Source: Minisyncoccota bacterium (lineage in GTDB: Bacteria > Patescibacteriota > Minisyncoccia > Phycocordibacterales > Phycocordibacteraceae). Taken from it: a stretch of 64,000 nucleotides of DNA. Below the pieces are notes generated by a model that saw only the letters and a list, made by a program, of their open reading frames with translations, ran no database searches and had not been told where the DNA came from. This document shows positions 19,228 to 28,695 of the stretch, piece after piece. How positions within the stretch are numbered: the stretch's first letter is position 1; every line of letters starts with the position of its first letter. The position numbers and the translations under genes are program-made. The stretch is from assembly GCA_018062765.1 (NCBI GenBank), contig JAGORR010000001.1:10087-74086 (forward strand). Reading direction: 5' to 3'.

Positions 19228-19458
19228 TCAGGGTGCGGTGGCGGTGGCCCGGCACTTGTTCGGCTGCATGAGCGACCGGGCGGCGTTGATCCGGAAGGAC
19301 GCGATCTGCAAGCGCGGATTATCTCCCGGATGGATGGTGGATCCGTACTTGGACCCCCCAGCATCAACCGCCTCAAGCCGGCACGGCAACCCATGTCGGG
19401 TAGCCATCGCTTCGAGCGCCGGGACGTCCGGCAGCCTCCCCAGATCCTTGTTCCCCAT
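19228..19458 (-). CDS. Hypothetical small protein (76 aa), second gene of a two-gene operon
   Basis: AAGGAG SD 7 nt upstream of the ATG. Followed by a terminator. No recognisable domain. Confidence 0.45.
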   Translation of the reverse strand: MGNKDLGRLPDVPALEAMATRHGLPCRLEAVDAGGSKYGSTIHPGDNPRLQIASFRINAARSLMQPNKCRATATAP

Positions 19459-19473
19459 TGTCGTTCTCCTTGG

Positions 19474-19668
19474 TTACAGCTGCGGTGATTCGATGAGATA
19501 GGAGGGGACGGACCTGCCGTTTGTCCTCACGTGAGCGTGGTGGTGCCGGGACGCGCGACGCGAACCGACGCCAGCCTTCCTGGCCTGCTTCTCGAAATCC
19601 TCGAGTTTGAACAGCTTCCTCTTTCGAGGCTTGGTTACGCGTTCGCGCTTACCCGGTGCCTTAAGCAT
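19474..19668 (-). CDS. Hypothetical small, very basic, His-rich protein (64 aa)
   Basis: AGGGAG SD 6 nt upstream of the ATG. The N-terminus is KR-rich (MLKAPGKRERVTKPRKRKLFK) and there is an RHHHAH motif. Confidence 0.45.
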   Translation of the reverse strand: MLKAPGKRERVTKPRKRKLFKLEDFEKQARKAGVGSRRASRHHHAHVRTNGRSVPSYLIESPQL

Positions 19669-19732
19669 CCGTTACTCCCTGAACTGTTGAAAGGACAAAA
19701 ATACGACGGCGCCAACTGACGCAGTGTTTTGC

Positions 19733-19761
19733 TTTATACGCCTCTCGATTCGATATGGCAA
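19733..19761 (-). promoter_or_regulatory. Candidate sigma70-like promoter for the small-protein operon
   Basis: Minus strand reads TTGCCA, a 17-nt spacer, then TATAAA, ~50 nt upstream of the first small ORF. Confidence 0.35.
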
Positions 19762-19786
19762 TACGTTTGCCGAGGATAGCAGCGAC

Positions 19787-21433
19787 TTACATCCTTTCCG
19801 GCGCTGGGATGCCGAGCATCGAAAATCCTGCTCGCATAGTGTTCGCAAACGCGCGCGCAACTTGCTGCTTGTATGCCTCCTCCGGGCTCCCCAGTATCTG
19901 CTCGGTTGCATAGAATGCATTCCAAGCGGAGGCGAGCTGCGTCAGATACTGCGCGATATGGTGGGGCGCTGAGTCCTGTCGAGCTCGCGCACAAACGCCC
20001 GGGAACCGGAGAAGGAGCCGCTCGATGGTATAGGGTTCCGCCGGTGTCTCTCCTCCCCCGCTCTTGTTGTCGTAGGTCAGTACCTTGAGTGCCCGCACGA
20101 GAGCGTACTGGAGGTATGGGCCGGAGTCGCCTTCAAGGGAAAGTGATTTCTCCGGATCAAAGATGATGTCGCCACCCGGTGCCTGCCGGAGAATCATGTA
20201 TTTGAGTGCGCCTACCGCCACCTGCTCCGCCACAAGAGAGTCCTCGTTCTTCTCCTTCGCCTTCTCTATGACCTCGTCAATTATTTCCTTTGCGGTTATG
20301 ACCGTTCCCTCGCGCGATGACATCTTCCCGGACGTCAGGCGCAAAAATCCATGCGGGATGTGCCGCGTTTTCTTTGCTACCAGGGGCGCGATGTCCTCGA
20401 GTGCGGCGAGGAACACAGCAAAGTGCCCGGACTGCTCTGCGGCCGTGAGGATAATGCTCTCATCGCTCGGCACCCGCTCCTCCTTAAGGAAGGCGAGGCC
20501 GATATCTTTTGCTTCGTAGGTTGGCGTGTCGCGGCTCGTGATGAATACGAGGGTGTGGAGCCCCTTCTTCTCTCCTTTATATATAATCGCGCCCTCGCTC
20601 TCCTCGAACACGCCCTTCGCGAGTCCCTCCTTCACGATACGCATCCCAGGCTCCGCTGTTTCGCTCTCAAAAAAGAAGTAATCGAACTTCGTGCCCATCA
20701 AAGCGTATATCTCGTAGAAGGCCTCCAGGGAAACTTCTCGTGCGCGGCGCCACAAATCCATGAGACCCGGGTCCTCGCCTTTGTATATTTCCTGATTCAG
20801 CGCATCTATCTCTGCCTTCGCTTCCTCACTCTTTTCATACGCCTGCGAACCATGCGCATACGCCTTCCCTATCTCCGCACTGTTTGCGGGCTCGGTAACG
20901 CCATCCTTGCGGAGTGCCCACAATGCCTTTGCGATGTGCGGACCGACGTCCCCGCCGTAGCTGTCGCGAATAACCGTCGCGCTTCCTGATTCGATGACAC
21001 GCGCAACTGCCTCGCCAATAACGGTCGACATGAGGTGACCAACATGCATCTCCTTCATCGGGTTAGGGCAGGAATACTCGACGATGACGCGCTTTCCGAG
21101 TGATTCCTTCGTGCGGCCGAGTGACTCCCCTGCTTTTGCAGCGTGCTCAATTTCCGCACGCACGCTTGCGGGCGAAAGGGTGATGTTCACGAAACCAGGC
21201 CCGGCAGCCTCCACCTTCGTGACGAGGTCCCCGAGAATCTCCGCGACTTTGGTCGCGAGCTCTCCCGCGAGTTCCTGAGGATTCCGGCCAAGCTTCTTTG
21301 CGGCTGCCATCGCGGCGTTCGTCGCGTAGTCTCCGTGGGTTAAGTCACCCGGCCACTCAACCGCAAAGGACGTTCCCTCGACACCCATTTCAATGAGCGC
21401 CTCCTCGACAGCTTTTCGTATCCGCTCCTCCAT
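19787..21433 (-). CDS. argS: Arginyl-tRNA synthetase
   Basis: HVGH motif (NPMKEMHVGHLMSTV) and ArgRS N-terminal add-on domain similarity. Confidence 0.95.
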   Translation of the reverse strand: MEERIRKAVEEALIEMGVEGTSFAVEWPGDLTHGDYATNAAMAAAKKLGRNPQELAGELATKVAEILGDLVTKVEAAGPGFVNITLSPASVRAEIEHAAKAGESLGRTKESLGKRVIVEYSCPNPMKEMHVGHLMSTVIGEAVARVIESGSATVIRDSYGGDVGPHIAKALWALRKDGVTEPANSAEIGKAYAHGSQAYEKSEEAKAEIDALNQEIYKGEDPGLMDLWRRAREVSLEAFYEIYALMGTKFDYFFFESETAEPGMRIVKEGLAKGVFEESEGAIIYKGEKKGLHTLVFITSRDTPTYEAKDIGLAFLKEERVPSDESIILTAAEQSGHFAVFLAALEDIAPLVAKKTRHIPHGFLRLTSGKMSSREGTVITAKEIIDEVIEKAKEKNEDSLVAEQVAVGALKYMILRQAPGGDIIFDPEKSLSLEGDSGPYLQYALVRALKVLTYDNKSGGGETPAEPYTIERLLLRFPGVCARARQDSAPHHIAQYLTQLASAWNAFYATEQILGSPEEAYKQQVARAFANTMRAGFSMLGIPAPERM

Positions 21434-21453
21434 ATATACGTCGGATGATAACA

Positions 21454-21480
21454 GAAAAGGCCCCTTGCGGGGCCTTTTCT
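21454..21480. terminator. Bidirectional terminator hairpin
   Basis: GAAAAGGCCCCTTGCGGGGCCTTTTC. Confidence 0.55.
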
Positions 21481-21513
21481 GTAAGCTGTTCGCTATACGC
21501 TGTCAGCTGACTT

Positions 21514-22020
21514 CTAGTCGTTACCAGCCTTCGCGTTTGCCCAGAAACTAAATCCTGGGAGCTTGAACTTGCTCCAGAACCCTACCTTTTTGCCGTTGTC
21601 GTGTTCATCGTCATCGTTACCCGCATCGTCACTAGACCAGTCGCGAACGATATCAGCCTCAACAGAGGTTGCGTCGGTAAGCGTGCCGGAGAAGCTCACG
21701 TAATCGCCCTCGGATAGATCAGCGAGTACGGTTGAATCCCCATCGGCTTCGTAGAACGCAGTCTCGCTATCCGTGTCTATGGCCCAAGAGAGGGTCACGC
21801 CGTTAACGAGAGTTGTAGCAGTCAGAGAAGAATCGCCAACGTCAGTAATCTTTGCACCACGCACGAGCGTCGAGCCGTCGTTTGCGATGGCGATAGACAC
21901 CTTAGCCGGGTCAAACTGCCTTCCGTCATTACCCTTGCCCTCGCCACTGTTGGCGAACGCAAACGCAGGGACGGCAATAAGCGCACCGACTGCGGTAATA
22001 GCTGCGATTTTTTTCATCAT
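21514..22020 (-). CDS. Hypothetical secreted protein (signal peptide, acidic C-terminal region)
   Basis: MMKKIAAITAVGALIAVPAFAFA signal peptide. Confidence 0.5.
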   Translation of the reverse strand: MMKKIAAITAVGALIAVPAFAFANSGEGKGNDGRQFDPAKVSIAIANDGSTLVRGAKITDVGDSSLTATTLVNGVTLSWAIDTDSETAFYEADGDSTVLADLSEGDYVSFSGTLTDATSVEADIVRDWSSDDAGNDDDEHDNGKKVGFWSKFKLPGFSFWANAKAGND

Positions 22021-22088
22021 AGAGTGGGTATGTAAGGGTTTAGCTTATAACCATGCACCCGTATGAAGACGTCCATGACAACTGGAAA

Positions 22089-22736
22089 TTACACACCCTG
22101 CCTGAATATGAAATCTTTAATCTGCGGAAAATAGTGAGTTAGAGGAATAGTAATTGCTGCAGAGAGTACGGCGCCGATTAGTAAGAGGATTATCTGGTCC
22201 TTATTTCTCGAAAAGAAATTCTTTTGCTTGTATTTTTCATACAGAATCACGGTGCTGTGTCTGAACATTTGTATGTATGCAACCCACAGAATCCAGAGAA
22301 AAGAGAGGCCGGAGCCAATTTTAAGAAGTGCACTTGTTGTGAAAAGGCTAGCTATGACGAAACTCAGATTTGTAAGCATTATAAGAACATACGAATAGGC
22401 CACGCTTGGCCTCCGAAGTCGTCGATGAAGTACTTGAGATGTTCGATAATAAATCCCCGCCGCAATTCCCTGACTCGAAGCGCTATATATACTAGCGATG
22501 TACGCTTCCAGCTCTAAGGAGATATAAGGACTACCCGCTGAAATTTTCAGACTATTTAGAATTTCTCCGTCTCTTTTCCTCGCCAGTTCCTCTATACTTT
22601 CATACTTATGTTCTCCGTCTGAGAGAGTAACTTCCCGTGAAGCCTCCTTTAGGATTTTTTCAATTTCGATCAAATCCTCTATATAGAGCTTGACCGGGGG
22701 GAAATATTTCCTTAAAGAGTTATCAATTCGCTCCAT
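22089..22736 (-). CDS. Hypothetical membrane protein encoded on a low-GC (~40%) insert; ~115-aa soluble N-domain plus 3 C-terminal TM helices
   Basis: Sharp GC drop exactly between the glyA stop (22739) and ~22080. ATG at 22734-22736. No similarity recognised. Confidence 0.55.
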   Translation of the reverse strand: MERIDNSLRKYFPPVKLYIEDLIEIEKILKEASREVTLSDGEHKYESIEELARKRDGEILNSLKISAGSPYISLELEAYIASIYSASSQGIAAGIYYRTSQVLHRRLRRPSVAYSYVLIMLTNLSFVIASLFTTSALLKIGSGLSFLWILWVAYIQMFRHSTVILYEKYKQKNFFSRNKDQIILLLIGAVLSAAITIPLTHYFPQIKDFIFRQGV

Positions 22737-22738
22737 AC

Positions 22739-24001
22739 TTAGAATGAGCTGGGGACCGGATGCGCGAGGGCCATCGCACGAACTTCCTCGCGAGCTTTTG
22801 CTACCGAGGTGTCGCCTCTATCTTTGAGGACTTCGAGCATGAGGGTCGCGACCTGCTTCACCTCATCGACCTTGAACCCACGCGTTGTGAGCGCCGGCGT
22901 ACCGAAACGAATACCGGACGGATCCATTGGTTTTCGGGTATCGTCCGCAATCGAGTTTTTATTGAGCGTGATGCCGGCCTTATCAAGCAGGGTCTCCGCT
23001 TCCCCACCAGGAATACCGAGTGAGCCAAACACGTCGGCCAAGATGAGGTGATTGTCGGTTCCTCCTGCAATCAGACGCACACCACCCGCCTTAAATACTT
23101 CCGCCATTGCCTTCGCGTTCTCGACGACATTTGCCGCATAGGTCTTGAACGAAGGCGCGAGCACCTCGCGGAACGCGACAGCTTTCGCGGCTATCTGGTG
23201 CATGTGCGGTCCGCCCTGAAGCCCGGGAAAAATCGCCTTGTCTATTTTCTTCGCGACCTCCTCGCTCTCGCGCGTCACGATCATGCCTCCTCGAGGACCA
23301 CGGAGCGTCTTATGCGTCGTCGTGGTCATCGCATCGAATCCGTAGTCAAACGGATTCTTTGCTGCGCCTCCCGCGATGAGTCCTGCGATGTGCGCGACAT
23401 CAGCAACGGCGTACGCGCCTACCTCCTTCGCAATATCGGCGAGACGCTTCCAATCGAGTTCGCGCGGATATGCAGAGAATCCAGCAAGAATAATCTTTGG
23501 CTTTTCGGCTTTGGCAGTCTCGAGGAGTGCGTCGTAATCAATCTCCCCTGTCTCGATGTTCTTCATCTTGTACCGGACGAAACGGAAAATCTTCGAGATG
23601 TAGGTCACCGGGTGCCCGTGCGTAAGGTGCCCGCCGTGAGATAAGTCCATACCGAGAATCGTGTCCCCGGGCTCCATGAGCGCCATGTAAAGACCGATGT
23701 TTGCGTTTGCACCCCCGAGTGGCTGCACGTTCGCGTACGCCGCGCCAAATAGTTTCTTCGCACGGTCTATCGCAATCAGCTCTACCGCATCCGTAAACTG
23801 CTGCCCGCCGTAGTAGCGCTTACCCGGATATCCTTCCGAGTACTTGTTCGTAAACGGGCTCGCCATCGCTTCGCGCACCGCCTTCGATACGTAGTTCTCC
23901 GACGGAATAAGCTCCAGCCCTTCCTGCTCGCGCTTCTCCTCCCCTTCGATGGCATCGTAAATCTCTTTGTCTTCGTCGCGGATGTGCTGGTAGTAGTCCA
24001 T
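22739..24001 (-). CDS. glyA: Serine hydroxymethyltransferase
   Basis: LELIPSENYVSKAVREA, PLP-lysine region HKTLRGPRGG. Confidence 0.97.
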   Translation of the reverse strand: MDYYQHIRDEDKEIYDAIEGEEKREQEGLELIPSENYVSKAVREAMASPFTNKYSEGYPGKRYYGGQQFTDAVELIAIDRAKKLFGAAYANVQPLGGANANIGLYMALMEPGDTILGMDLSHGGHLTHGHPVTYISKIFRFVRYKMKNIETGEIDYDALLETAKAEKPKIILAGFSAYPRELDWKRLADIAKEVGAYAVADVAHIAGLIAGGAAKNPFDYGFDAMTTTTHKTLRGPRGGMIVTRESEEVAKKIDKAIFPGLQGGPHMHQIAAKAVAFREVLAPSFKTYAANVVENAKAMAEVFKAGGVRLIAGGTDNHLILADVFGSLGIPGGEAETLLDKAGITLNKNSIADDTRKPMDPSGIRFGTPALTTRGFKVDEVKQVATLMLEVLKDRGDTSVAKAREEVRAMALAHPVPSSF

Positions 24002-24060
24002 GGTTGAAAGTCTTCGGTTAGTAAGAAAAACCCATGGAAGTACTTAGATCATGGCAGCGG

Positions 24061-24690
24061 TTATAGGACTGATGTTACCGCCTTCTGTACGTCGAGCCAA
24101 ACCTCGTCCCGACTGCGGTTCCCATCAACGAATTCGGCCTTCCATCCGGACTTTTCGATAAACTTGCGGTAACCGTCTCGGACGCGAGCATGAAATCCGG
24201 CGTCCCGCGCGTCGAAATGACTCTGCTCTCCGCGCGACGCGACGCGCTCCATGGTTACCTCGGGATTTACTTCGATGACTATCGTGAGGTCCGCTGCAGG
24301 AACGAGCGCAAGGTGCGCATCAAAAAGCCCCTCAAGTTCCGGCATTTCCTGCCCCATTACCTGTATTGCGTAGGTCGAGGAGATATACCGATCGCATATC
24401 ACTACTTTTCCGGCCCGGAGCGCCGGAAGCACGGTCTTCTCTATGTGGTCCGCGCGCGCCGCGATGAAAAGCCCCATCATGGCCATGCCGTTTGCTTCTC
24501 TGCAATCAGGCGAGGTTATGAGCGCACGCACCTTATCCGCCCACGGAGAACCCCCTGGCTCTCGTGTGAAAAGGACATCTCTATCTGGATGCTCCTTTGC
24601 GAGCCACTCTTTAAGCCGCTCCATCTGCGTCGACTTACCCGCACCCTCTCCACCCTCTAAGACCACGAATATCCCCTTTCCGCTAGACAT
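24061..24690 (-). CDS. tmk: Thymidylate kinase
   Basis: FVVLEGGEGAGKSTQ P-loop and DRY-like motif. Confidence 0.9.
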   Translation of the reverse strand: MSSGKGIFVVLEGGEGAGKSTQMERLKEWLAKEHPDRDVLFTREPGGSPWADKVRALITSPDCREANGMAMMGLFIAARADHIEKTVLPALRAGKVVICDRYISSTYAIQVMGQEMPELEGLFDAHLALVPAADLTIVIEVNPEVTMERVASRGEQSHFDARDAGFHARVRDGYRKFIEKSGWKAEFVDGNRSRDEVWLDVQKAVTSVL

Positions 24691-24714
24691 GATGGCTCCA
24701 GTATACTGGCCCCA

Positions 24715-25548
24715 ATGGAACAGCCCTATCTCGACTTACTGAAGGAGGTAATGGACAAAGGCACGGACCGTAGCGACCGCACAGGGACTGGCACGCGCGC
24801 GCTATTTGGCGCACAGATGCGCTTCGATCTCTCCAAAGGATTCCCCGCGGTGACCACCAAGAAGCTTGCGTTTAAGGCGGTGAAAAGTGAGCTTCTGTGG
24901 TTTTTGGAAGGCTCGCAGGACGACAACCGCCTGAAGGAACTGAATGGGAGCGAAAAAACGATATGGACCGCAAACGGCACGGCTGACTATTGGACACCAA
25001 AGGCGAAATTTCCGGGCGACCTTGGCCGCATTTATGGTGTGCAGTGGAGAAAATGGAAGCGCCCAGACGGCACAGAGGTAGATCAGATAAAGGAAGTCAT
25101 CGACCTCATCAAGAAAGACCCTACGAGTCGTCGCCTTATCGTCACCGCGTGGAATCCGGGTGAGCTTAGCGAGATGGCGCTCCCACCGTGCCACATCTTT
25201 TTCCAGTTCTTCGTCGCAGACGGAAAGCTCTCCTTACAGATGTACCAGCGCAGCTGCGACCTATTCCTTGGCGTCCCCTTCAACATCGCCTCCTATTCCC
25301 TACTACTCCACATGATTGCGCAGGTGACGGATCTTAAGGTAGGCGAATTCGTGCATGTGCTTGGCGATACGCACATCTACCAGAATCATTTCGACGCAGT
25401 AAAGGAGCAGCTCTTACGCTCTCCTTTCCCGCCCCCTACCCTCTGGCTCAATCCGGAGGTCAAAGACATCGACAAGTTCACCATGGACGATATCCGTCTT
25501 GAGAACTACGAGTCTCACGATAAGATTGCGGCCCCTATGGCCGTCTAG
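24715..25548 (+). CDS. thyA: Thymidylate synthase (ThyA)
   Basis: RTGTGT, catalytic Cys region PCHIFFQF, and the conserved C-terminus. Confidence 0.97.
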   Translation: MEQPYLDLLKEVMDKGTDRSDRTGTGTRALFGAQMRFDLSKGFPAVTTKKLAFKAVKSELLWFLEGSQDDNRLKELNGSEKTIWTANGTADYWTPKAKFPGDLGRIYGVQWRKWKRPDGTEVDQIKEVIDLIKKDPTSRRLIVTAWNPGELSEMALPPCHIFFQFFVADGKLSLQMYQRSCDLFLGVPFNIASYSLLLHMIAQVTDLKVGEFVHVLGDTHIYQNHFDAVKEQLLRSPFPPPTLWLNPEVKDIDKFTMDDIRLENYESHDKIAAPMAV

Positions 25549-25565
25549 GGTATACTCTCTCGACT

Positions 25566-26270
25566 ATGGCGCTTTCAGATAAGAAAATTCTCGCGGAGAT
25601 GAAGAAGGGCGACATTGTTATTTCTCCGTTTAACCGGAACCAGCTCGCAACCTCCTCATACGACGTTACGCTCGGCGAGTATTTTTATCGAGAGCAGCCG
25701 CCTAAGTACAACCACGCGCTCTACAACATCTGGGACAAGGCGCACATCGAGCATGTATGGGGCGCCGACGATGTGCAGCGCGCAGTGCCTGCCGCAGAGG
25801 CCTTTAAGAAATACAATTTCGATTGGAAAGGCGGCATCCGCCCCGACGATAAGATCATAGTGCTCCGCCCCGGCGAGACCATCCTCGCGCACACGGACGA
25901 ATTCATCGGCGGCAAGGACCACATCACGACCATGATGAAAGCGCGTTCATCCTTGGGCCGCTCATTCATCGAGGTTTGCAAATGCGCTGGCTGGGGCGAC
26001 GTAGGCTACATCAACCGATGGACGATGGAGATTACGAACAACTCCAAGAACTACATCATCCCGCTCGTCGTCGGCCGACGCATTGCGCAGCTCGTCTTTT
26101 TTGAAACGGGAGAAATCGAAGCGAAGGACTATTCGGCAAGCGGCAAGTACTCCTCTTCGACCGACGTAAAGAAACTGCAGAAGGAATGGAAGCCCGACAT
26201 GATGCTCCCGCAACTTTGGAAAGACAGTGACATCAAGAAGACCCAGACGTGGCACAAGAAAAAGAAATAA
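25566..26270 (+). CDS. dcd: dCTP deaminase / dUTPase-family protein with Lys-rich C-terminal tail
   Basis: ISPFNRNQLATSSYDVTLG and ARSSLGRSF...AGWGDVGY motifs of the Dcd/Dut fold. Confidence 0.8.
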   Translation: MALSDKKILAEMKKGDIVISPFNRNQLATSSYDVTLGEYFYREQPPKYNHALYNIWDKAHIEHVWGADDVQRAVPAAEAFKKYNFDWKGGIRPDDKIIVLRPGETILAHTDEFIGGKDHITTMMKARSSLGRSFIEVCKCAGWGDVGYINRWTMEITNNSKNYIIPLVVGRRIAQLVFFETGEIEAKDYSASGKYSSSTDVKKLQKEWKPDMMLPQLWKDSDIKKTQTWHKKKK

Positions 26271-26707
26271 CTCTGACCGAAGCGCTCGCCTCCGCGAGCG
26301 CTTTCGTTACCTACGTCCCGCTTCGCACCGAAGTCCCCTTCCGCGACATTGTTACGCTTCCGGCAAACGCAATTACGTATGAGATAGCGCCGCGCGCGTC
26401 GCTCGACCCATTTCAGGAAGCTGAGAAAGCGATTGCGGCTGTGACTGACCGAAAGACCGCGATTCTCATACCAGGTCGCAGGCTTGATGCTACCGGCACA
26501 CGCCACGGCCAGGGCGGCGGGTGGTACGACCGCTTCTTATCGAAAGTCCCCAAAGAATGGACGCGTATTGGGTTCTGCTACGAACGACAATTCTCCGTGG
26601 ACCCTATTCCCCGCGAGAGCTGGGACCAGCAGATGGATCTCGTCATCGTTCTTTCGCGAGATGGAGCCGTACGAGAATATGCGGCACGCCGCTCAATGGT
26701 CGATTAA
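26249..26707 (+). CDS. 5-formyltetrahydrofolate cyclo-ligase family protein
   Basis: GQGGGWYDRFL (the GxGGGYYDR signature). The start is uncertain because it overlaps the dcd end. Confidence 0.7.
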   Translation: MAQEKEITLTEALASASAFVTYVPLRTEVPFRDIVTLPANAITYEIAPRASLDPFQEAEKAIAAVTDRKTAILIPGRRLDATGTRHGQGGGWYDRFLSKVPKEWTRIGFCYERQFSVDPIPRESWDQQMDLVIVLSRDGAVREYAARRSMVD

Positions 26708-26924
26708 CGTCTCCCTTCCCCGCCTTATCTGCGAGACTCCTATCCGGAAAATAGCTTTGCTCCATCCCGGTGCCTATAGGCACCGGGATGGAGCAAAGGC
26801 GCGGACACTCTCTATAGGACAAGACAGATGTGGTCACGTGCACCGGCTCAGAAGCGAGGCTGATGCGCAGGAGCACCTTTCGGGGTATAAGGACTCCAGA
26901 CTTCACCCCTCACGGAGAAACCCG

Positions 26925-27926
26925 ATGAAACACCTTCCCTTTGTAAGCGCCTTATTCAAGAAGCTCGCGAAGCGCGCCGGCGTCACCGTCAACCTCGAAC
27001 CCGGCTACGGATTCGCAGGCCAGATTGTGACGAAGGACGGTCGCAAGCGGTACTTCCGCGGCACGAAACTCGACATCAATACGCTCGGCGCGACCGAGAC
27101 ATCAGCTGATAAGGATTTCGCTGCGCACTTCATGCGCGAGATGGGTTACCCGGTCCCCGAGGGAGAGGCGTTCTTTTCTGATGCGTGGGCCAAGATGCTT
27201 AAGTCGAAGCGGACCATCGACGCCGCATATCGCTATGCGCAGAAGCTCGGCTTTCCGGTCATCGTGAAGCCCAATTCGAAGAGCCGCGGCATCGGCGTCG
27301 TGAAGGCGGCGAACAAGGCTGACTTCTATCGGGCGTTCCGCGCGGCCGCGAAGGCGGACACGGTCGTCCTGGTTCAAGAGCCGTGCCTCGGCCGTGACTA
27401 CCGTGTTGTGGTGCTCGACGGTCGCATCATATCGGCCTACGAACGTCTGCCCCTCACGGTCGTCGGCGACGGCAAGTCGACGGTACGCGCGCTCCTGCAG
27501 AAACTGCAGGAGCGCTTCGAGCGCGAGGGACGCGATACCCGCATCAACATCAAGGACTGGCGCATAGCGCGAAAGCTCGCGCGCCAGAAACTTACGTTCG
27601 ACTCAGTGCTTCCGAGAACCATCCGCGCTGCCCTGCTCGACAACGCGAACCTGTCCTCGGGCGGGATGTCCGTTGATGTGACGAACGATGTACATCCGGG
27701 CTTCGCGAACATCGCCGTGCGCCTCACGCGCGACATGGGACTCAGGCTATGCGGGGTGGACCTCATGATCGACGGCGACATACGACGACCGCCAAGCGAG
27801 CAAGACTACGCAGTGCTTGAGATCAACTCCGCGCCCGGCCTCGATCACTACGCGTCTCAGGGCAGGAAGCAGCAACGTATTGTCGAAGACCTCTACCTGG
27901 AGCTTCTGAAAAGCATGAGCGCCTGA
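26925..27926 (+). CDS. ATP-grasp ligase (RimK/CofF/MptN/cyanophycin-synthetase-like)
   Basis: ATP-grasp motifs (KPNSKSRGIGV, YRVVVLDGRII, VLEINSAPGL). ORF-track start 26484 rejected because it overlaps the 5-FCL gene; used the ATG at 26925 with a GGAG SD. Confidence 0.7.
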   Translation: MKHLPFVSALFKKLAKRAGVTVNLEPGYGFAGQIVTKDGRKRYFRGTKLDINTLGATETSADKDFAAHFMREMGYPVPEGEAFFSDAWAKMLKSKRTIDAAYRYAQKLGFPVIVKPNSKSRGIGVVKAANKADFYRAFRAAAKADTVVLVQEPCLGRDYRVVVLDGRIISAYERLPLTVVGDGKSTVRALLQKLQERFEREGRDTRINIKDWRIARKLARQKLTFDSVLPRTIRAALLDNANLSSGGMSVDVTNDVHPGFANIAVRLTRDMGLRLCGVDLMIDGDIRRPPSEQDYAVLEINSAPGLDHYASQGRKQQRIVEDLYLELLKSMSA

Positions 27927-27929
27927 CAC

Positions 27930-27964
27930 GCGGCCGACCCCTCGGGTCGGCCGCTTCTTTTTTC
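27930..27964 (+). terminator. Rho-independent terminator after ATP-grasp gene
   Basis: GCGGCCGACCCCTCGGGTCGGCCGC followed by TTCTTTTTTC. Confidence 0.6.
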
Positions 27965-27986
27965 ATCGTGGTATAGTCGGCCCACT

Positions 27987-28688
27987 ATGCAGGTGCGCGC
28001 TATTAAGACGAGAGTATTTAAGGAGGGCGAATCGCTCGCCGACTTCGTCGCGTCTCATCTGAAACGCGTCCCGGAGGGCTCGGTCCTCGTCATTACGTCG
28101 AAGATTGTCGCGCTTGCAGAAGGCCGCACCGCTGTCGCTTCCACCGCCGCGAAGAAGGCGACGCTCATCAGGAGCGAGAGCGTCTCCGCAATAAAGACGA
28201 AGTGGGTTTGGCTCACCATTAAGGATGGCCTCGTGATGCCGAACGCCGGCATCGACGAATCGAACGCGGACGGGAAGATAATCCTTTTGCCGGCGGATAG
28301 TTTCAAGGCCGCTGCCGCTATCCGCCGTGCGCTTATGAAGCGCTTCAAGGTAAAGAAGTTCGGTGTACTCATCACCGATAGCCGTGTCCTGCCGCTTCGC
28401 GCCGGCGTTACCGGCGTCGCGCTCGGGTACGCGGGATTCAAAGGGCTACGGGATTATCGCGGGAAGAAGGATATCTTCGATCGGCCTCTTCGGATGACGC
28501 AGACCAACGTCGCTGACGGACTCGCAGCGAGTGCCGTCTTCCTGATGGGTGAAGGCGCAGAACAGCAGCCGCTCGCGCTCGTAACGGATGCGCCTGTAGC
28601 CTTTTCAGACTTGGTAAAGAAAGAGGAGCTCATGATAGCGCTTAAGGACGATCTCTATCGTCCGCTTTTTCGTAAGGCGGGTCTCTGA
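27987..28688 (+). CDS. CofE-like (F420-0:gamma-glutamyl ligase family) protein
   Basis: VLVITSKIVALAEGR, GIDESN and related motifs across the length resemble CofE/PF01996. Confidence 0.65.
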   Translation: MQVRAIKTRVFKEGESLADFVASHLKRVPEGSVLVITSKIVALAEGRTAVASTAAKKATLIRSESVSAIKTKWVWLTIKDGLVMPNAGIDESNADGKIILLPADSFKAAAAIRRALMKRFKVKKFGVLITDSRVLPLRAGVTGVALGYAGFKGLRDYRGKKDIFDRPLRMTQTNVADGLAASAVFLMGEGAEQQPLALVTDAPVAFSDLVKKEELMIALKDDLYRPLFRKAGL

Positions 28689-28695
28689 TACGCTC

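Noticed and set aside
19144-19786. Possible T-box riboswitch leader upstream of ileS
   Set aside because: No T-box consensus (AGGGTGGNACCGCG) or specifier-loop architecture was found. Instead the region contains two ORFs with consensus Shine-Dalgarno sites, a promoter-like element and a separate terminator.
26484-26924. 441-nt N-terminal extension of the ATP-grasp ORF
   Set aside because: It overlaps the 5-FCL gene in another frame and has no motif content. An internal ATG at 26925 with a GGAG SD gives a normal-length ATP-grasp protein.
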